From Vitrella brassicaformis CCMP3155 (lineage: Eukaryota; Protista; Chromerida): a stretch of 64,000 bases of DNA. Shown piece by piece: positions 49,314 to 64,000 of the stretch. The notes beneath the pieces were generated by a model that saw nothing but the letters and a program-made list of their open reading frames with translations, had not been told where the DNA came from and made no database searches. The stretch spans positions 1 through 64,000 of the forward strand of contig CDMY01000086.1 in NCBI GenBank assembly GCA_001179505.1, written 5' to 3'. The translations under genes and the position numbers were made by a program. The stretch's first letter is position 1, and each line of letters begins with the position of its first letter.

Positions 49314-49507
49314 AGAGAGGGGAATGAGTGAGTGGGGGTTGGTTGGTTGGTTGGTCCCTCCCTGTTCAGTCAGTGTTGATAGATAGCCTCTGGAAGGACC
49401 CTGTTGCTGACTTTATCCGACTTGCATGTGTGTCGAGTGTTTCAGCATTCAATGAATGCGCCTCGTGTGTCCATCAATCTATCCGCCACATGGTCCACGA
49501 TCGTCAG

Positions 49508-51854
<2,347 letters not shown>

Positions 51855-51988
51855 GCTGCAAGAAGGCAGCAGCCTCACAGAGCCACAGATGATGCAGATC
51901 TCGAAATCTTTAGTCAGGCCTGCATGTTTCTGGAGCCTCCGGCAGCTGGAATCGTTCGGGTTTTCCCTGAAACCAATATGAGACTCCG
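51855..51988. promoter_or_regulatory. Putative bidirectional promoter between lysS (-) and a hypothetical gene (+)
   Basis: 134 bp between divergent ATGs; geometry only. Confidence 0.4.
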
Positions 51989-52819
51989 ATGAGCATAGAG
52001 CTGCAGTTCAGCGTTCGATTCTACGACAAGCGGTCGGATAGGCCCACGTTCCGGCAGCCCGTTACTATTCCACCCCGTGTGATAACCTTCAATCCCGGCA
52101 TTCGTCGCAGTCAGCTTCAAGACCTGATCAAGACGACATTTCCTCATGCCCTTGACGGCTACGATGCGTCGGAGCTGCTGTTCCCGGATCACCAAGCTCT
52201 GACTGCCGATGATGTGATAATCGACGCCACCAGCTTCCCTTCGCATGGCGGAGCAGACCAGGATCACATCAGGGTCGAAGCAGGCCTGCAGGGGGGGCAA
52301 CAAGGCGAGAGCGAGGCCACACGAAAACGAGTAATGCGGTAGGATGGCGGAGGTGGCGATTTGAGGCATGTGCGTGTATCTTCCTTTTGTTCACAGAGGC
52401 GGCTCTGCGGCTTCTACCTCTGGCTGCCGATTATTTTCCTGGTTATCTCCATCTTCATATACGGCACTAGCGGACAGCACTTCCACGGCGGCTTCTGGTC
52501 GGGATTCTGCCTTGCAGTCGCACTCTTGTTCGTCGGCCTCATACTCGCTGACCTCCCGGTTGCCGACAGCATCGACCGATACGTTCAGGGACGATACTTC
52601 GGGTGGTGCCTCCTCGACTGCCCCGACTGGTGCGGCTGCTTCAGAGACCAGCCGCGAGGTGACAAGCAAGACTCCCTTGTTGGAAGAGCACCGTGTTGGA
52701 AGAGGACCGTGAGCGGTCGAGCGAAGGGATGTGAGGGTGGTGATTGTTGGCTTTTCTATTGTGAGGGGACAGTGGTGGTTGGGTGGAGGGTGGAGCAGCA
52801 ATTCGTTCCTGTTGACTGA
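51989..52819 (+). CDS. Hypothetical protein, soluble N-terminal domain then about two TM helices and a Cys-rich tail; 3' end uncertain
   Basis: Exon 1 MSIELQFSVRFYDKR...ATRKR|GTAATG; phase-0 acceptor cacag|RRLCGFYLWLPIIFLVISIFIY...GFCLAVALLFVGLILA. Confidence 0.45.
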
Positions 52820-53963
52820 CTGACTGATTGATAGACGGAGGACATCAGACACATGGATGCCTTCATGTGATCTCCTGCCTGCAGCTGTGTGTGTCTGTTC
52901 GTTGCCGATTGCCTTCTCACTCGGACTCATCCACCCACCCTCCTCACTCAATCGCTCCACTCTCTCATTCAGTCAGTCAGTCAGTCAACCTGTCAACGCT
53001 ATCCATCCATCTTTGTACACGAGTGCAATCAATCATCCGGTCAGACCGCGGTTTGTCACAACAGCTCACGGAAGTGAAGCTGAGACGAGGCAGGAAGCCG
53101 CGGGTGGGACAACGTGCCCTGTGGATGAGCACCGTACGGGTACTGCCAGGCCCTGCATGGTCGCATGCGGCGATAATCTTACCCCTGTGACGGATGGCTG
53201 TGCGTCTGTGTGTGCAGGTCTGAGTTGGTAGGTGTTCTTCGTTCATCAGCAGTCAGTTATGTCGGGCTGGCCGGAGCCTCATTGGCCTTCTGGAGCTCTG
53301 TCACGCCTGGAGCTGAGCCAACCATCCCTCGCTCTCCACCCTCCCTGCCCTTCACGCAACGTCCGCCCGGCTGCCAATTCGTGTCGAGTAACGGGGAGAG
53401 GGATATGGAGGGAGGGGGGTAGACAGGGAGGAAAGGAGCAAAGGGCTGTGAGTGATGGGACAGACAGACAGACAGACAGACAGACCGGTGATTGAGACAC
53501 CATGCCTGAGATACACTACACCGCACGATGAATGAATGGAGCAGACGTATGTATCGGTAACTCGATCCCCCAACCAAGCAAATACATGCATACCGCAAAG
53601 GTGGGGGCTGAAGCTGTACATGCATCTTTGTCATCCATCAGCAGCAAAAGTGTCTCACATCCATCCCACGAATGAATCCCTCCGTCCATTCCATGCATAT
53701 GCGTCCGTCCATCCATCCCCCTCTCGGATATCCGTGGGGTCACACGTGCACGGATAAAAATCTTGCACCCTGTCTGCCTGCCGTCCCTACACACATCGAT
53801 ATCCACCCCACCCGGGGCTGCCTGCCTGCCTGCCTGCCTGCCTGTACAAGACTCCTCTCAGTCCATCTACTTATCCACTGTCTGTCTGAGTGTCGGCTGC
53901 TACCATAGCGTCATGCATGTGGTGTGCGTGCGTGTGTCATCTGTGTTGGCTGTGCTGTCTAGA

Positions 53964-55070
53964 TTAGATGTCTTCGTCGAACTCGGTGTGGTTGAGCTTC
54001 AGATAGCCCTCCTCCTGCTGACGCAAATACTCGTTGCCAAAACCAGCCTGCATCCATCAACCGCACACACACACAAACGACCAGAGGGTGGATGTGCCAT
54101 TCGTTCGTCAATCGGTGTGTCCATGTATGTATGTTGGCTGGCTGGCAGGCTGACTGACCAGTCCGCCCAGGAGTGCGCCGATTGGGTAGCAGTAGTGTTC
54201 CTCCCTGAGTAGTGCCAGTCTGATTTGGTAGGCCACCTCGTCCTCCACGTCCATGACGCCAAAGATGAACCCAAACAGACCGCCCATGACCAACGCTATC
54301 GACAACACCAGCATCACCTGACCACACCACACACACAACACACGCACACAGATGCATAATCAATCGTCAGCCGTGGCCCTGCGTGTGTGTGTGTGTGTGT
54401 GTGAGTGTGCCTACCTGGCTCTTTGATTCGACGAGCGGCTTTGCCCCGTTGGGCTGCAGGAAGCCCAGGAAGTAGTTGATGAGGTCCACGACTGAGAATG
54501 TGAGTGCAAAGGCCACCGAGACGCCCAGGATGGTGTAGAGGGGCACCTTGGCCAAAGGCGACAGACCCACAAACCAATTCCGCTCCAAAACGAAACACAG
54601 CAGGCCCGACACCACGATCTGACACACATGGAGCAAAGGGACCATACCATGATGGATGGCTGTCTCTCTCCCCGTTGGTGGCGTGGCGTACCATGACAGC
54701 GAATCCGGTGAGCTGTTTTTTCCTCTGCTGTGCCTCCTCGTTGGCGTGGCCGAGGATGCGCCACAGAATGACGCTGCCGACCGTGATAAACAGCACGCCG
54801 AAATACTGACACACCAGGCAGACAGACAAGGGACAGCAGCACACACACGCACACACACACACGGGCAGCAGCAATGCATCCACAATCAACGCGTGTGTGT
54901 CTGCTCTCCGTGAGTACCACAGAGAAGAATGGGCTGAGTGAGATTTCGACGAGTGTGCAGTTGACGACGAGGCTGATGATGATGCCCATGACCACACCGA
55001 CAGCGGCAGACAAGGACCCCTTCCACACCAGCTCCTTGCTCATCCTCAGCTGCAGCGGCGCCTTCGGCAT
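53964..55070 (-). CDS. Multi-pass membrane protein of unknown function (five exons)
   Basis: MPKAPLQLRMSKELVWKGSLSAAVGVVMGIIISLVVNCTLVEIS...; about six hydrophobic helices; ends NEYLRQQEEGYLKLNHTEFDEDI*. Clean GT-AG introns. Confidence 0.8.
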
Positions 55071-55218
55071 TTTTGACGAGTGATGATGATTTGATTGAAG
55101 ATCTCTCCCACCACACACAAGATGAGCAGGACGTTGCTGATCAGATCTGCCCTTCAATATGCGAGCTGAATTGCGATCCTGCTCTGAAGGAGGAGCGCCG
55201 GGATCATCGTCTACGGCC
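55071..55218. promoter_or_regulatory. Putative bidirectional promoter between the membrane protein gene (-) and RPC34 (+)
   Basis: 148 bp between divergent ATGs of two well-supported genes. Confidence 0.55.
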
Positions 55219-56536
55219 ATGGCGGCGACTCCCGACAAGAAGGAGGCGCAGCAGTTTCTCGAGTTCGTCAAGAAGCACCCACACGGGGCTTCTCAGGGCA
55301 TGCTGACGGCGGCAGGATGGGAGGCGGAGAGAATCGCCCAGATAGCCAACTGGCTGTGTCTGCAGGGCCGTCTGCAGCTCATGATTGGGCCCGACAGCAA
55401 GCCATCGTGGAAGTACCGCACCGCAGAGGAGGCCAGGAAGTTCGCCGACCTCGCTCCGGAAGACGTCCTCGTCTACCAGTCGATAGAGAAGGCTGGTGAG
55501 ATAGATGACAATGGACGGACACATATGGGTGGGTGGACGGATCAATGGATGCATGGATGGATGGATGGATGGGTGGGTGGGTGTGTCAGGTCGTCGTGGC
55601 ATCTGGACACGTGACTTGAAGAATCAGTGCAACTTGCAGCCGCACCAGATCCAGAAGGCCCTCAAGGCGCTGGAGGGCCGGCGGCTCGTCAAGGCCGTCA
55701 AGAGCGTCCAGTTCAAAAACAGGAAGGTCTACATGCTCTTCGAGCTCGAACCTGACAAAGAGGTATGTACGCTGCTTGGGAGATGAGGTATACGATTGTC
55801 GCCTGCCTTCTCCAGGTGTCTGGTGGCTCGTGGTATCGTGATGGCGAGTTTGACGAGAAGCTCATCGAGGTCGGCATACTGAACTGAATGGACGGGACGG
55901 ACTGATGCGCATGGCTCATTGCTGTGACGAATGAATGGTATGTTTATGTGTGTGCGTGTCAGTCTCTTCGTCAGCACTGCGAGGACATGATATCCAGCTG
56001 CGGCAAGGCCACCCTCTCAGAGATCAGGCAACATCTCAAGACATCGGGAATCAGCAAAGTCAGCCACACGGGCGGGCACAGGCGGTCCAAACACGGGTAT
56101 GCAAGGCGTGTGTTGGTTGGTCTGTGTATGTGTGTCAGGATGATTTGCCCGAGGAGGACATCATCACTGTGCTGCGGACGCTCGAGTTGGAGCAGAAGAT
56201 CGTCTCATTCGACGACGAGGGAGCCACCATCGGCGACAAAATCTACCAGGTAGGTACATCGACGGGTGCAGGTACATCGACGGGTGCACACACACACACC
56301 CATCCCTTCACTTGTGTGAGTATCTGTCTGTTGTATCCGTGTGTGCGCAGACGACCAAGTGGGCTCAGCTGGAGATCTACAAGGAGATCCCATGTGCGTC
56401 ATGCCCGGTGTTCCGGGACTGCACGCAGGGAGGGGGCAGCCGCATTGGCCCGGAGAACTGCGAATACTACACCAAGTGGCTCGGACTCGACAGAGACGTA
56501 CGAGGGAGAGGCAGGCAGCTAGCTGGACACACATGA
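55219..56536 (+). CDS. RPC34: RNA polymerase III subunit RPC34 (RPC6/POLR3F)
   Basis: VYQSIEKAG..GIWTRDLK, KALKALEGRRLVKAVKSV..KNRKVYMLFELEP, VSGGSWY.DGEFD, and C-terminal Fe-S-type Cys cluster IPCASCPVFRDC...IGPENCEYYTKWL. Confidence 0.93.
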
Positions 56537-57394
56537 GTTGGGAATGCACGTCTGTGTTTCCTGTCTGTCTGTTGTGGAATGCATTGATTGCAGGTTAGGC
56601 AAGACGACACAGCCATGCAGTTCTGAGTGTTGACCTTTCTTTGTCCTGTATAGCTACAATGGTTGCAGCAAGGCATGTACAGTGTGTTTCTCCGGATGAA
56701 CCTGCCTGCCTGCCTGCGTGGATTGACACAGTGTGCATTGAGGTTGTTTGTGTGTGCCGAAATGACCAGCGGACCAGTTGAATGCACAAAGCATTCTACG
56801 AGGAGAGCTCGGGAGGGGCTAAGGTTTCAGGGTTTGGAACCCTGATCGAATGAGATCCTTCTGGTTCTATTCCCCTTGTGATGAGCCTATGGCTGAGATG
56901 TCAATCGATGAAGCAACAGGCACGGCTGCCCACCTTGTCAGCCGCTGAAGGGGACACTACCAGAACCAATCGCGGATCTCCGAGGTGCTCGTTGAGTCTT
57001 GGCGGCGGGAACGTGGCAGATCAGCATCACCGGCGCTCGTCAGCGCCACACAGTGACGATTCCTGCGCAGAAATCCCACTTTGATCGGTTTCTGTGCCTT
57101 CTCCTTGACACGCCTTTTCTTCGCTCCCTTGTCAGATCTGCCGGCACGTTTGGCTTGCCTGTGATGTTCGGTGCGCTCACTCAACCAAACAATGACATCA
57201 TTTTCTGTGGCTGGTGTCCCGTGTTGTGATCCGCAGAATGTTCCAAAGAAGCTGGGATGGTTGACGTGACGACCGGTCGACTCACTCAGGGAAGACGGTA
57301 AGGGTATCGAGAAACACGCAGCACGAAGCAGTAGCACGAAGAGCACGCTGTCCCCACATGCAGTGCAGTCAGGCACATACACACATCCATCTGC

Positions 57395-58895
57395 CTATGT
57401 CACGTGTAGGGGAGGTAGACGGTTGCCGGGCTGCGGGAAGCCTCCCCTGTCGCCGCCGTGTGTCCACGCCGACATTCGAGTTCCCTCTTGCGCCCCTGGC
57501 TGTGTGGGCCACATGGACCCGGCTTCCTTTCGGTGCGTCGCCGGCCCCCTGTGGTGAGCATAGAACGTGACGTTCTTGGCGGCCGTCTTGGGCACCACCC
57601 TCTCCGTCATCGGTATGGCCGATGTGACGCGCTGCAGCTCCTCGGCGAAAAGGGCCGAGGAGGGAGGGGGAAAGCCTAAGGGGAGAGGAAGTGGCGGCCG
57701 CCGAGAGGGTTTCGGTGGGTGGTGTGTGGCAGGGGGTGGTTGTGCTGTGTGCTGGGTGGAGGGAGGGGAGGGTGGCACGACGATCGGGGGTCGCGAGTCG
57801 ATGTCTATAGAACACAGCGCGGTCGTCACCTTGGTTGGATCTGCAGCAACCAAACCAGGGACGCACACAGGTCAGTCAGCTATGTGATGTCCTTCGTGCA
57901 CAAACTGCACTGCCCCACACGCTTTGTTTCGCTTACCTTTCTCCGAGTCGAGTCTGTATTTCTTTTCGATCTTGTCGACTTGCTGCTGCAGCCGTTTCTT
58001 CTCGAGGCCGTGTGCTATGGTGAGGTTCTGCCACATGGTGCGGTGATGGCGGTGCAGCGACTCCAGCTCAGCCGCCTCCTGCTGACACTCGGCCGCACGC
58101 ATGCTGCCTATGCGGTCATCGAGGGCTCGCTGCTCCCGCTGCTGCTGCTCAAGCAGCTGGTGCTTGCGACGCTCCACGGCCTCTAAAGACAGGAGGTGCG
58201 CTTTCTCGAGGCCGGCGGACTCGATGCGCTCCACTCTCTTCTTGAGCTTGTGTGCTGCGGTGTGCTCGCCCATCCGGCCCAACACCTCCATCTGCTTCCT
58301 CATCTTGAGTGTCAAAACCGTAGGACGGGCCTGCATGGAGGCGGGGGGACGCATTAGTTAGTGAGGGATACACATGGATGAAGTCATTGCAATCCCGCAG
58401 AGACGCACCTTGTGTTTCTCTGCCGTCAGTTTGCGGTCGAGATTGTGGTACTCGATGGTCTGCCGCTCTCGGAGTGTCTCCTGGAGCCTCAGTATTTGCG
58501 CCTCCAGCCCCGCCCACTCCACCTGCTGCCACCGGTCACGGAATGCCGCCATCTCGCTCTCCTGCTGAGTCAATGCCTCCTTTCTCTCGCTGCAGCAACA
58601 AGGTGACATACAGGAAATGATCCGCTCATGGGGCTGTTGCAATGGCTGCATGTGTTTGCCCGGCTACCTACCGTTCGTGTCGTTCATGCATGTCCCTGGC
58701 TAGCTCCTCCTGATGGAAGAGCCGCAGCTCCCGCAGCTTCATCCTTGCCTCGAACGCTCTCTGGAAGTCGCCGCTGGCCTCACACATGGCGCTCTCTTTT
58801 TTGAGGATCTTGATGAAGTCCTCGTGGAGCCGCTGCTCGGCCGGGGGCACGTGGGCCGCACGAACAGCCCCGATGCCCATCGGCCGAGGAACCAT
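57395..58895 (-). CDS. Coiled-coil protein (E/Q/R/K-rich), possibly ciliary/cytoskeletal
   Basis: Long helical exons (FQRAFEARMKLRELR; MRKQMEVLGRMGEHTAAHKLKKRVERIE; ELESLHRHHRTMWQNL) separated by GT-AG introns. Ends approximate. Confidence 0.6.
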
Positions 58896-59002
58896 GGCGG
58901 TCAGCAAGGGGAGAGAAGGGAGATGGGGGCTATGGGGGGCTTTCCGTCTCCGGTTCCATCCGCGACTCAAGTTGAAGGACTGCGAATACCGTGGAGATCA
59001 CC
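58896..59002. promoter_or_regulatory. Putative bidirectional promoter between the coiled-coil gene (-) and pip (+)
   Basis: About 107 bp between inferred divergent ATGs. Confidence 0.4.
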
Positions 59003-61266
59003 ATGGAATTCCCCGGTTATTTCCACATCTCTTTCGACAGTATCGTCAAATCGGCCTTGTTGCTGCTCATCGGCTGGGTGCTGGGGCGGATCTGGAGCAC
59101 CTGGAGCATTAGAGCAGCGCCGACAGGCACATCGTCTCCTCCACCGCTTTCCCGAGAGAAGAGCGCTGAGTCAGACCATCCCCGCAGGCAGTCGACAGAG
59201 TCATCAGGCCACCGGCCTTCTCTGCCACACTGCAGCCCCAATGTCGATGATGCGCTGGAACACATCCTGTACCCACCGCAGCTGCCCACACTGCAAGGCT
59301 TCTTCACGAGCAAGAAGGGCAACCGTAAGTGTCCAGACACACACACACACACGCAGATGATGGATGCGTTATACATGCACTGGATCTTATGCAGACCACA
59401 TTTATTATGAGGTGTGCGGGAACCGCCAGGGCTGGCCTGTCTGCGTTTTGCACGGGGGGCCGGGAGGCGCCGGCGCAACGCCCATTCTCCGCAGATTCCA
59501 CGACCCTGACGCATACAAGTGAGTGTGCGATGGCCCCGAGACATGTGTCTGTCTGCCTGCCTGTCATTGCCCCAGGTTGGTGCTGTTTGACCAGCGCGGT
59601 GCAGGACGCTCGTATGCAGATGGCGACGTGTGTGAAGACAACACGATTTGGCATCTAATCGATGACATGGAACAGGTGAGTGTCGCGACAGAGTGACAGA
59701 CAGACATCATTTGCTGACTTTGATTTCGACACTGATGCAGCTGCGGGAGCTTTTACACATCCGGCAGTGGCAGGTGTGTCGCAGAGACAAAGCGATAGGA
59801 CGAGAAGGAGGACATTGTGCGTCGTCGGTTTCTTGGAATAGGTGTGTGGCGGTTCCTTCGGCAGTGCTGTGGCCCTGACTTACGCCATTTGTCACCCCCA
59901 TCGCGTCAGCTCTTTGGTGCTGCGGGGGGTGCACACACTGCGGCAGCGCGAGTTCGAATTCTTTTACCAGTGGGGTGCCAGAAACTTCTATCCCGACGCA
60001 TGGCAGGTCTTCGCCGGGCTAGTGCCCAAGCAGCAGCAGCGATCACTCATACAGGTGAGAAAACCAGCCTCAGATTGCGATCCCATTCCTTTCTCGCTCT
60101 TTCTTCTTGTCCTTTATTTCTCCCTTGCTGCAGGCCTATCATCAGCTGCTGCACGAGCCAGAGCCCCACAACCAGATGCCCATCGATGGCGAAGACGATG
60201 AGGACGACAACATAGCAGAGGAGGAGGCAGAACAACCTGAGGGCGACGACATCGAGACAAACCCAAACCCAAACCCGAACCTCCTCAGCCCATCTGCTGC
60301 AACTGCGCGCCCCCGGTGCAACACCGACATGGACACCATCGAGATGGACGAGGAATCCGAGTCGCCCAAGCCTCAGAGAAACGCGACTTTCGACACTCCT
60401 CCGTCTTCCGGGCAAGCCACAGAGCAGCCACAGGAGTGTGAAAGCGATGTGCCGGCAAAAGGGCGGCCCCGTGCGGAGAGCGACAGGTTGCTAGCGGCAT
60501 TTGCGTGGTCGGAGTGGAGCGAGACGGCGGCTAAGGTCCGTCCACCGCCGCAGAAGGACGTCACGGTCATGCGCCTCATTTCGACTAGCAGGGGCATCAG
60601 CCCACGGAACTCGACACAGACAGGGAGGCTGTGTGCTGGTGGTGGTTTGGGGGGTGACGGGAGTCCAGTGCGGTCTGAGAGCGCCCAGTCTGGCAGTTCT
60701 GAAGGGGGTGTGGTGGGGCCGGCGGTCAAGTCGGTGAGCGCTTTGAAGGAAGAGGTGCGGTCGATGATGCGAAAGGGCAACACGCGCAAGGCCGCAATCC
60801 TCCGCCAGACCTTCCGCATACGGTCGCATTATTTCGTCAATAGAGGTGCGGTGCTTGAGTAGGGGGACAGGAGGGGCAGATCGATCGATGCACAGCAGCC
60901 GTTCGTGCTTTCCCCTGCCCTTGTGCACCTTACCTTACTCGCAGGTTTCCTTCCGCACGATGGCTGGATTTTGCAGCATTTGTCGACCCTTAAGAAGGAC
61001 ATTCCGATAGAGATAGTGCAGGGGAGACTCGACCTCATCTGCCCACCCGTCACTGCTGTCAGTGAGAACAGACACAGAGACATGCATGGAGAGAGACACA
61101 AAGCCACTGCTTCGGTGGGATGTGTGTATGTCTTCAGTGGGAGGTGAAGCAGGCATGTGGGTGGGCCAATTTGGTCTTGGTGCCCGCTGCTGGCCACTCA
61201 ATGAGCGAGCCCGGCATCGCCAAGGCACTCGTGAGGGCCACGAAAAAACTCGCGAATCTCTTCTAG
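59003..61266 (+). CDS. pip: Proline iminopeptidase (peptidase S33) with N-terminal TM segment and acidic insertion
   Basis: LYYEVCGN, LFDQRGAGRS, NTIWHLIDDME, nucleophile GGSFGS, VSSLVLRG, RIRSHYFVNRG, IVQGRLDLICP, catalytic His VPAAGHSMSEP; stop TAG 61264-61266. Confidence 0.9.
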
Positions 61267-64000
61267 CGATCCGCGGCTGTACGTGTCTCGTGGTCCTGGT
61301 CTGTGTGTGCACTCGTTTATCGGTGCACGTTGTCTGTTGATGGACCTACTCAATGCATCGATCTGCGTGGATGAGAGGCGTCGACTGAGTACAGAAGGTG
61401 GGATTTGCAGTGGATGCATGTGCAACAACCAATCACCTTGTTGAGTCGGCAGCTGTGCGGTCCATTGAGCAAAACCCGATCTTGGCGCCCACCTCGTGGT
61501 GGCAGTCCGACAAATCCTGGACAGAGAGACACAGGATGCGACTGCGTTTGTGCTTGTGTGTGCCACGGCGATGATAAAACGGGGACCGACATAGAGGGGA
61601 TAGAGGGATCGATATCGGCTGCTGGTTGGCTGAGACATTGGTAGAGGCATGCAGGCGCAAAGGTCCCTTCATTCATGTACTCATGAATGTGGGTACAGGC
61701 GGGACCGAGCCGTACGACGAGTACTTTGCAGATCTCACAGGCCAGTCATTGACAAGCCATCCATCAACCCAGACATCCGTCAAGCCACACAGCAAACAGC
61801 GCACAGATATGTGCGTCTGCGTCCTTGCCTGTTGTCTGCAGCTTCTGCTGTTGGAACGTCTCCAGGCAGCTTTTGTGGACAAAGCCTGCACACGCGAACG
61901 GAAATGCCCATTGAGATCAGGCCATCCTACCCAATGTGCCGCGAAAGCCGCACGGCGAGGCCAGCAGGCCCGTTTCCGTGGACCCCTCTTCCATGTGATG
62001 CGCACGCGTCATCAAAGTCCGTAGATTCCTCAGTTTGCGAGCTTAGAATAGCATTTTTCTGGTGAGATTTCGCTTATTCTTCAGGAGACAGCCAGGAGAC
62101 GGACACCGCGCCAACTTTTGTTGCACCGTCCATTTCACTTCGTTTCGAAGCCTCTCGTCCAACAAGCCCTCGTCATCTCTCGTCCCACTGGCTCTCGTCG
62201 TTCTGGTTTTTTATTTCTCCTGAGCCTTTTCGCATTCATCTCGTGAAGGCTCAAGCGCTGGCAGTGTCCTTTCAGCCTTCCAGATCCCCCGCGCGAGCGA
62301 GGACAGGGTCCACCGGGAATGGCCCGACTGAGCGCTCTGTCCATCATCTCCACCACCAGCGCCGCAGAAGCCCAAGAGCCCTCTACCACATCGGGCATCA
62401 ATCGCTGGCAATTGCAAAGGGTGAGCAACAACAGCGGTCGGGTTTTGTCGGGTTGCCGGTGTGTTGGCGGGTCTCTTTCTTTCATTGTGTGGTGCATTGC
62501 AGCCGGCAGACAAGCTACAGCCCCGCCACGAGGCTCTCTAGGCTGCAGAACGGTAGGATATTCACTCTCTCGACGGGAGACGGCTCGTGCCTTCTTTGTC
62601 TTTTTTGTCTCGCGCCGTCCTTTTCCGGGTCTCTGACACATCCTCGTCACTTATTTTCCTGAGCCTTTTCAGCCTCCTCTCGTCAAGGCTCAACGGCTGC
62701 GCTGGTCAAGGTCGGCGGCATTGTGTTATCGGGAGATTCTGCGAGCTGGTGGGGAGGAGTATTGACAATAGGACAATGTACACACGACGGCGTGAGTGGA
62801 AGAATGACCCGATGTCGCTGCCGCCATCTGTTAGAAGGCCTGTCAGGACGCCCAGCAACTTTCCCTTGCCATCCGCCAGCAAATCGCTCGCCAAGGGTGC
62901 CATTGCCGGCAGCAAACCGCTCGCTAAGTGTGAGGGGAGCAACAACAGACGATGGATGCATCACCATGCATGCAATGTGTTGAGAATCTGATGATCTCTG
63001 GCCTCCATTTGTGTGGTGCATTGCAGTGAAATTGGAGGCCGAGAGGAGCAACAAGGAGACCAAATTGTGGACGGTTCCTTGATTCATTTGTTTTGCTGGG
63101 TGCAGATCTACGGTTGTGATATTGGAAGATGAAACAAGTTGTGATAGCCGCGGTAAAAGGTATTTCACACAAATGATGATGGTTTTTTGCATGCATCCAT
63201 TAATTGTGCGAATCGCCTGTGAATGGGTGTGCAGCGTGCTGAGGGGATATCGTGAGTGCCTGAGCAGCTCGTCGCACGAGGAGCGAGCAGAGGCGGACGA
63301 ACATGAAGACGAGTGCGGATGGGTCTTGATGGACACACATCCAGGTACGAAGGAATTCATTAATGAATGCATGAATGATGCATGGCTGTTTCATCCTTAC
63401 TGCCTTCACAGGCCGGCTGTGCGGGCGACATACCGATGACAGCGAAGACGAGCAAGGTCGGGAGTGTCCTTCTGACGGAGGGCGACGCGGCGTCGTCTGG
63501 GCGGGCATTCATGTCAGAGGGCCGCATGAGGGGCGAGGGCTCAGTGACCCATGGCCACTGCAGTGGGGAAAACACCGACGGAAGCACTCAGTCGGACAAG
63601 TGAGAAAGAGAGAGATGGAACACACATCACGCACGCACGTGTCCATATGTCATGCATGACATTTCCCTCCCCGCCTTTGTGGATTCGTGTGCGTCTTCAG
63701 TGTGTTTGTTGGCGCCAAGCCTGCCGTGTCTGACGTTGCCCAGGGCCCTACAGATGCCACGCCGTCACCGCCCGCACTGCCCACAGCCACACCCGCACCC
63801 CCCCGCACAGACAAACAGACCACAGAAACCGCCAAGACGTAAGACGCGGATCAGCTTCCATGACACAAAAAAGCCACAAGTTAGGGATGTGTGTTTTGTG
63901 TTGTCTGTGCTGCAGCGGTGTTGTGTCTGGCAAGGATAGCGCCAAGAAGAAGACTCGACGCAAGGCCACCGCAACCACCAACGCTCGCCCCCCGCCTGTC

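Noticed and set aside
61600-64000. Possible genes in the last 2.4 kb
   Set aside because: Some exon-like pieces exist (61626-61740, 63417-63600) but I could not build a consistent model or recognise a motif.

Overview
Eukaryotic, GC-rich, intron-dense nuclear DNA. The short introns are full of CA/GT, CAGA/TCTG and CCAT/ATGG microsatellites. An alveolin (IMC) gene and several proteins with bipartite plastid-targeting leaders point to a chromerid alveolate, most likely Vitrella brassicaformis (inference). Positions 1-13.9 kb are a tandem segmental duplication (offset about 11.28 kb) of a head-to-head cassette: a small spliced hypothetical gene plus an LRR / Cys-rich / multi-pass TM receptor-like gene. 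The full receptor copy carries several disabling lesions and spans a 300-N gap. Downstream genes, in order: GT48 1,3-beta-glucan (callose/FKS) synthase with altered catalytic-region motifs; monoacylglycerol-lipase-like hydrolase; plastid-type ankyrin protein; Crinkler-like NTPase + PD-(D/E)xK nuclease gene split by one in-frame UGA-CGG; degenerate CDC48-type AAA protein; alveolin; hypotheticals; SufE; organellar LysRS; multi-pass membrane protein; RPC34; coiled-coil protein; proline iminopeptidase. Best leads: (1) AC...GT complementary microsatellite 'bridge' introns; (2) the possible readthrough-controlled NTPase-nuclease; (3) the divergent GT48 active-site motifs. No rRNA, tRNA or CRISPR array was seen. 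Exon structures were inferred by eye, so gene ends are approximate.
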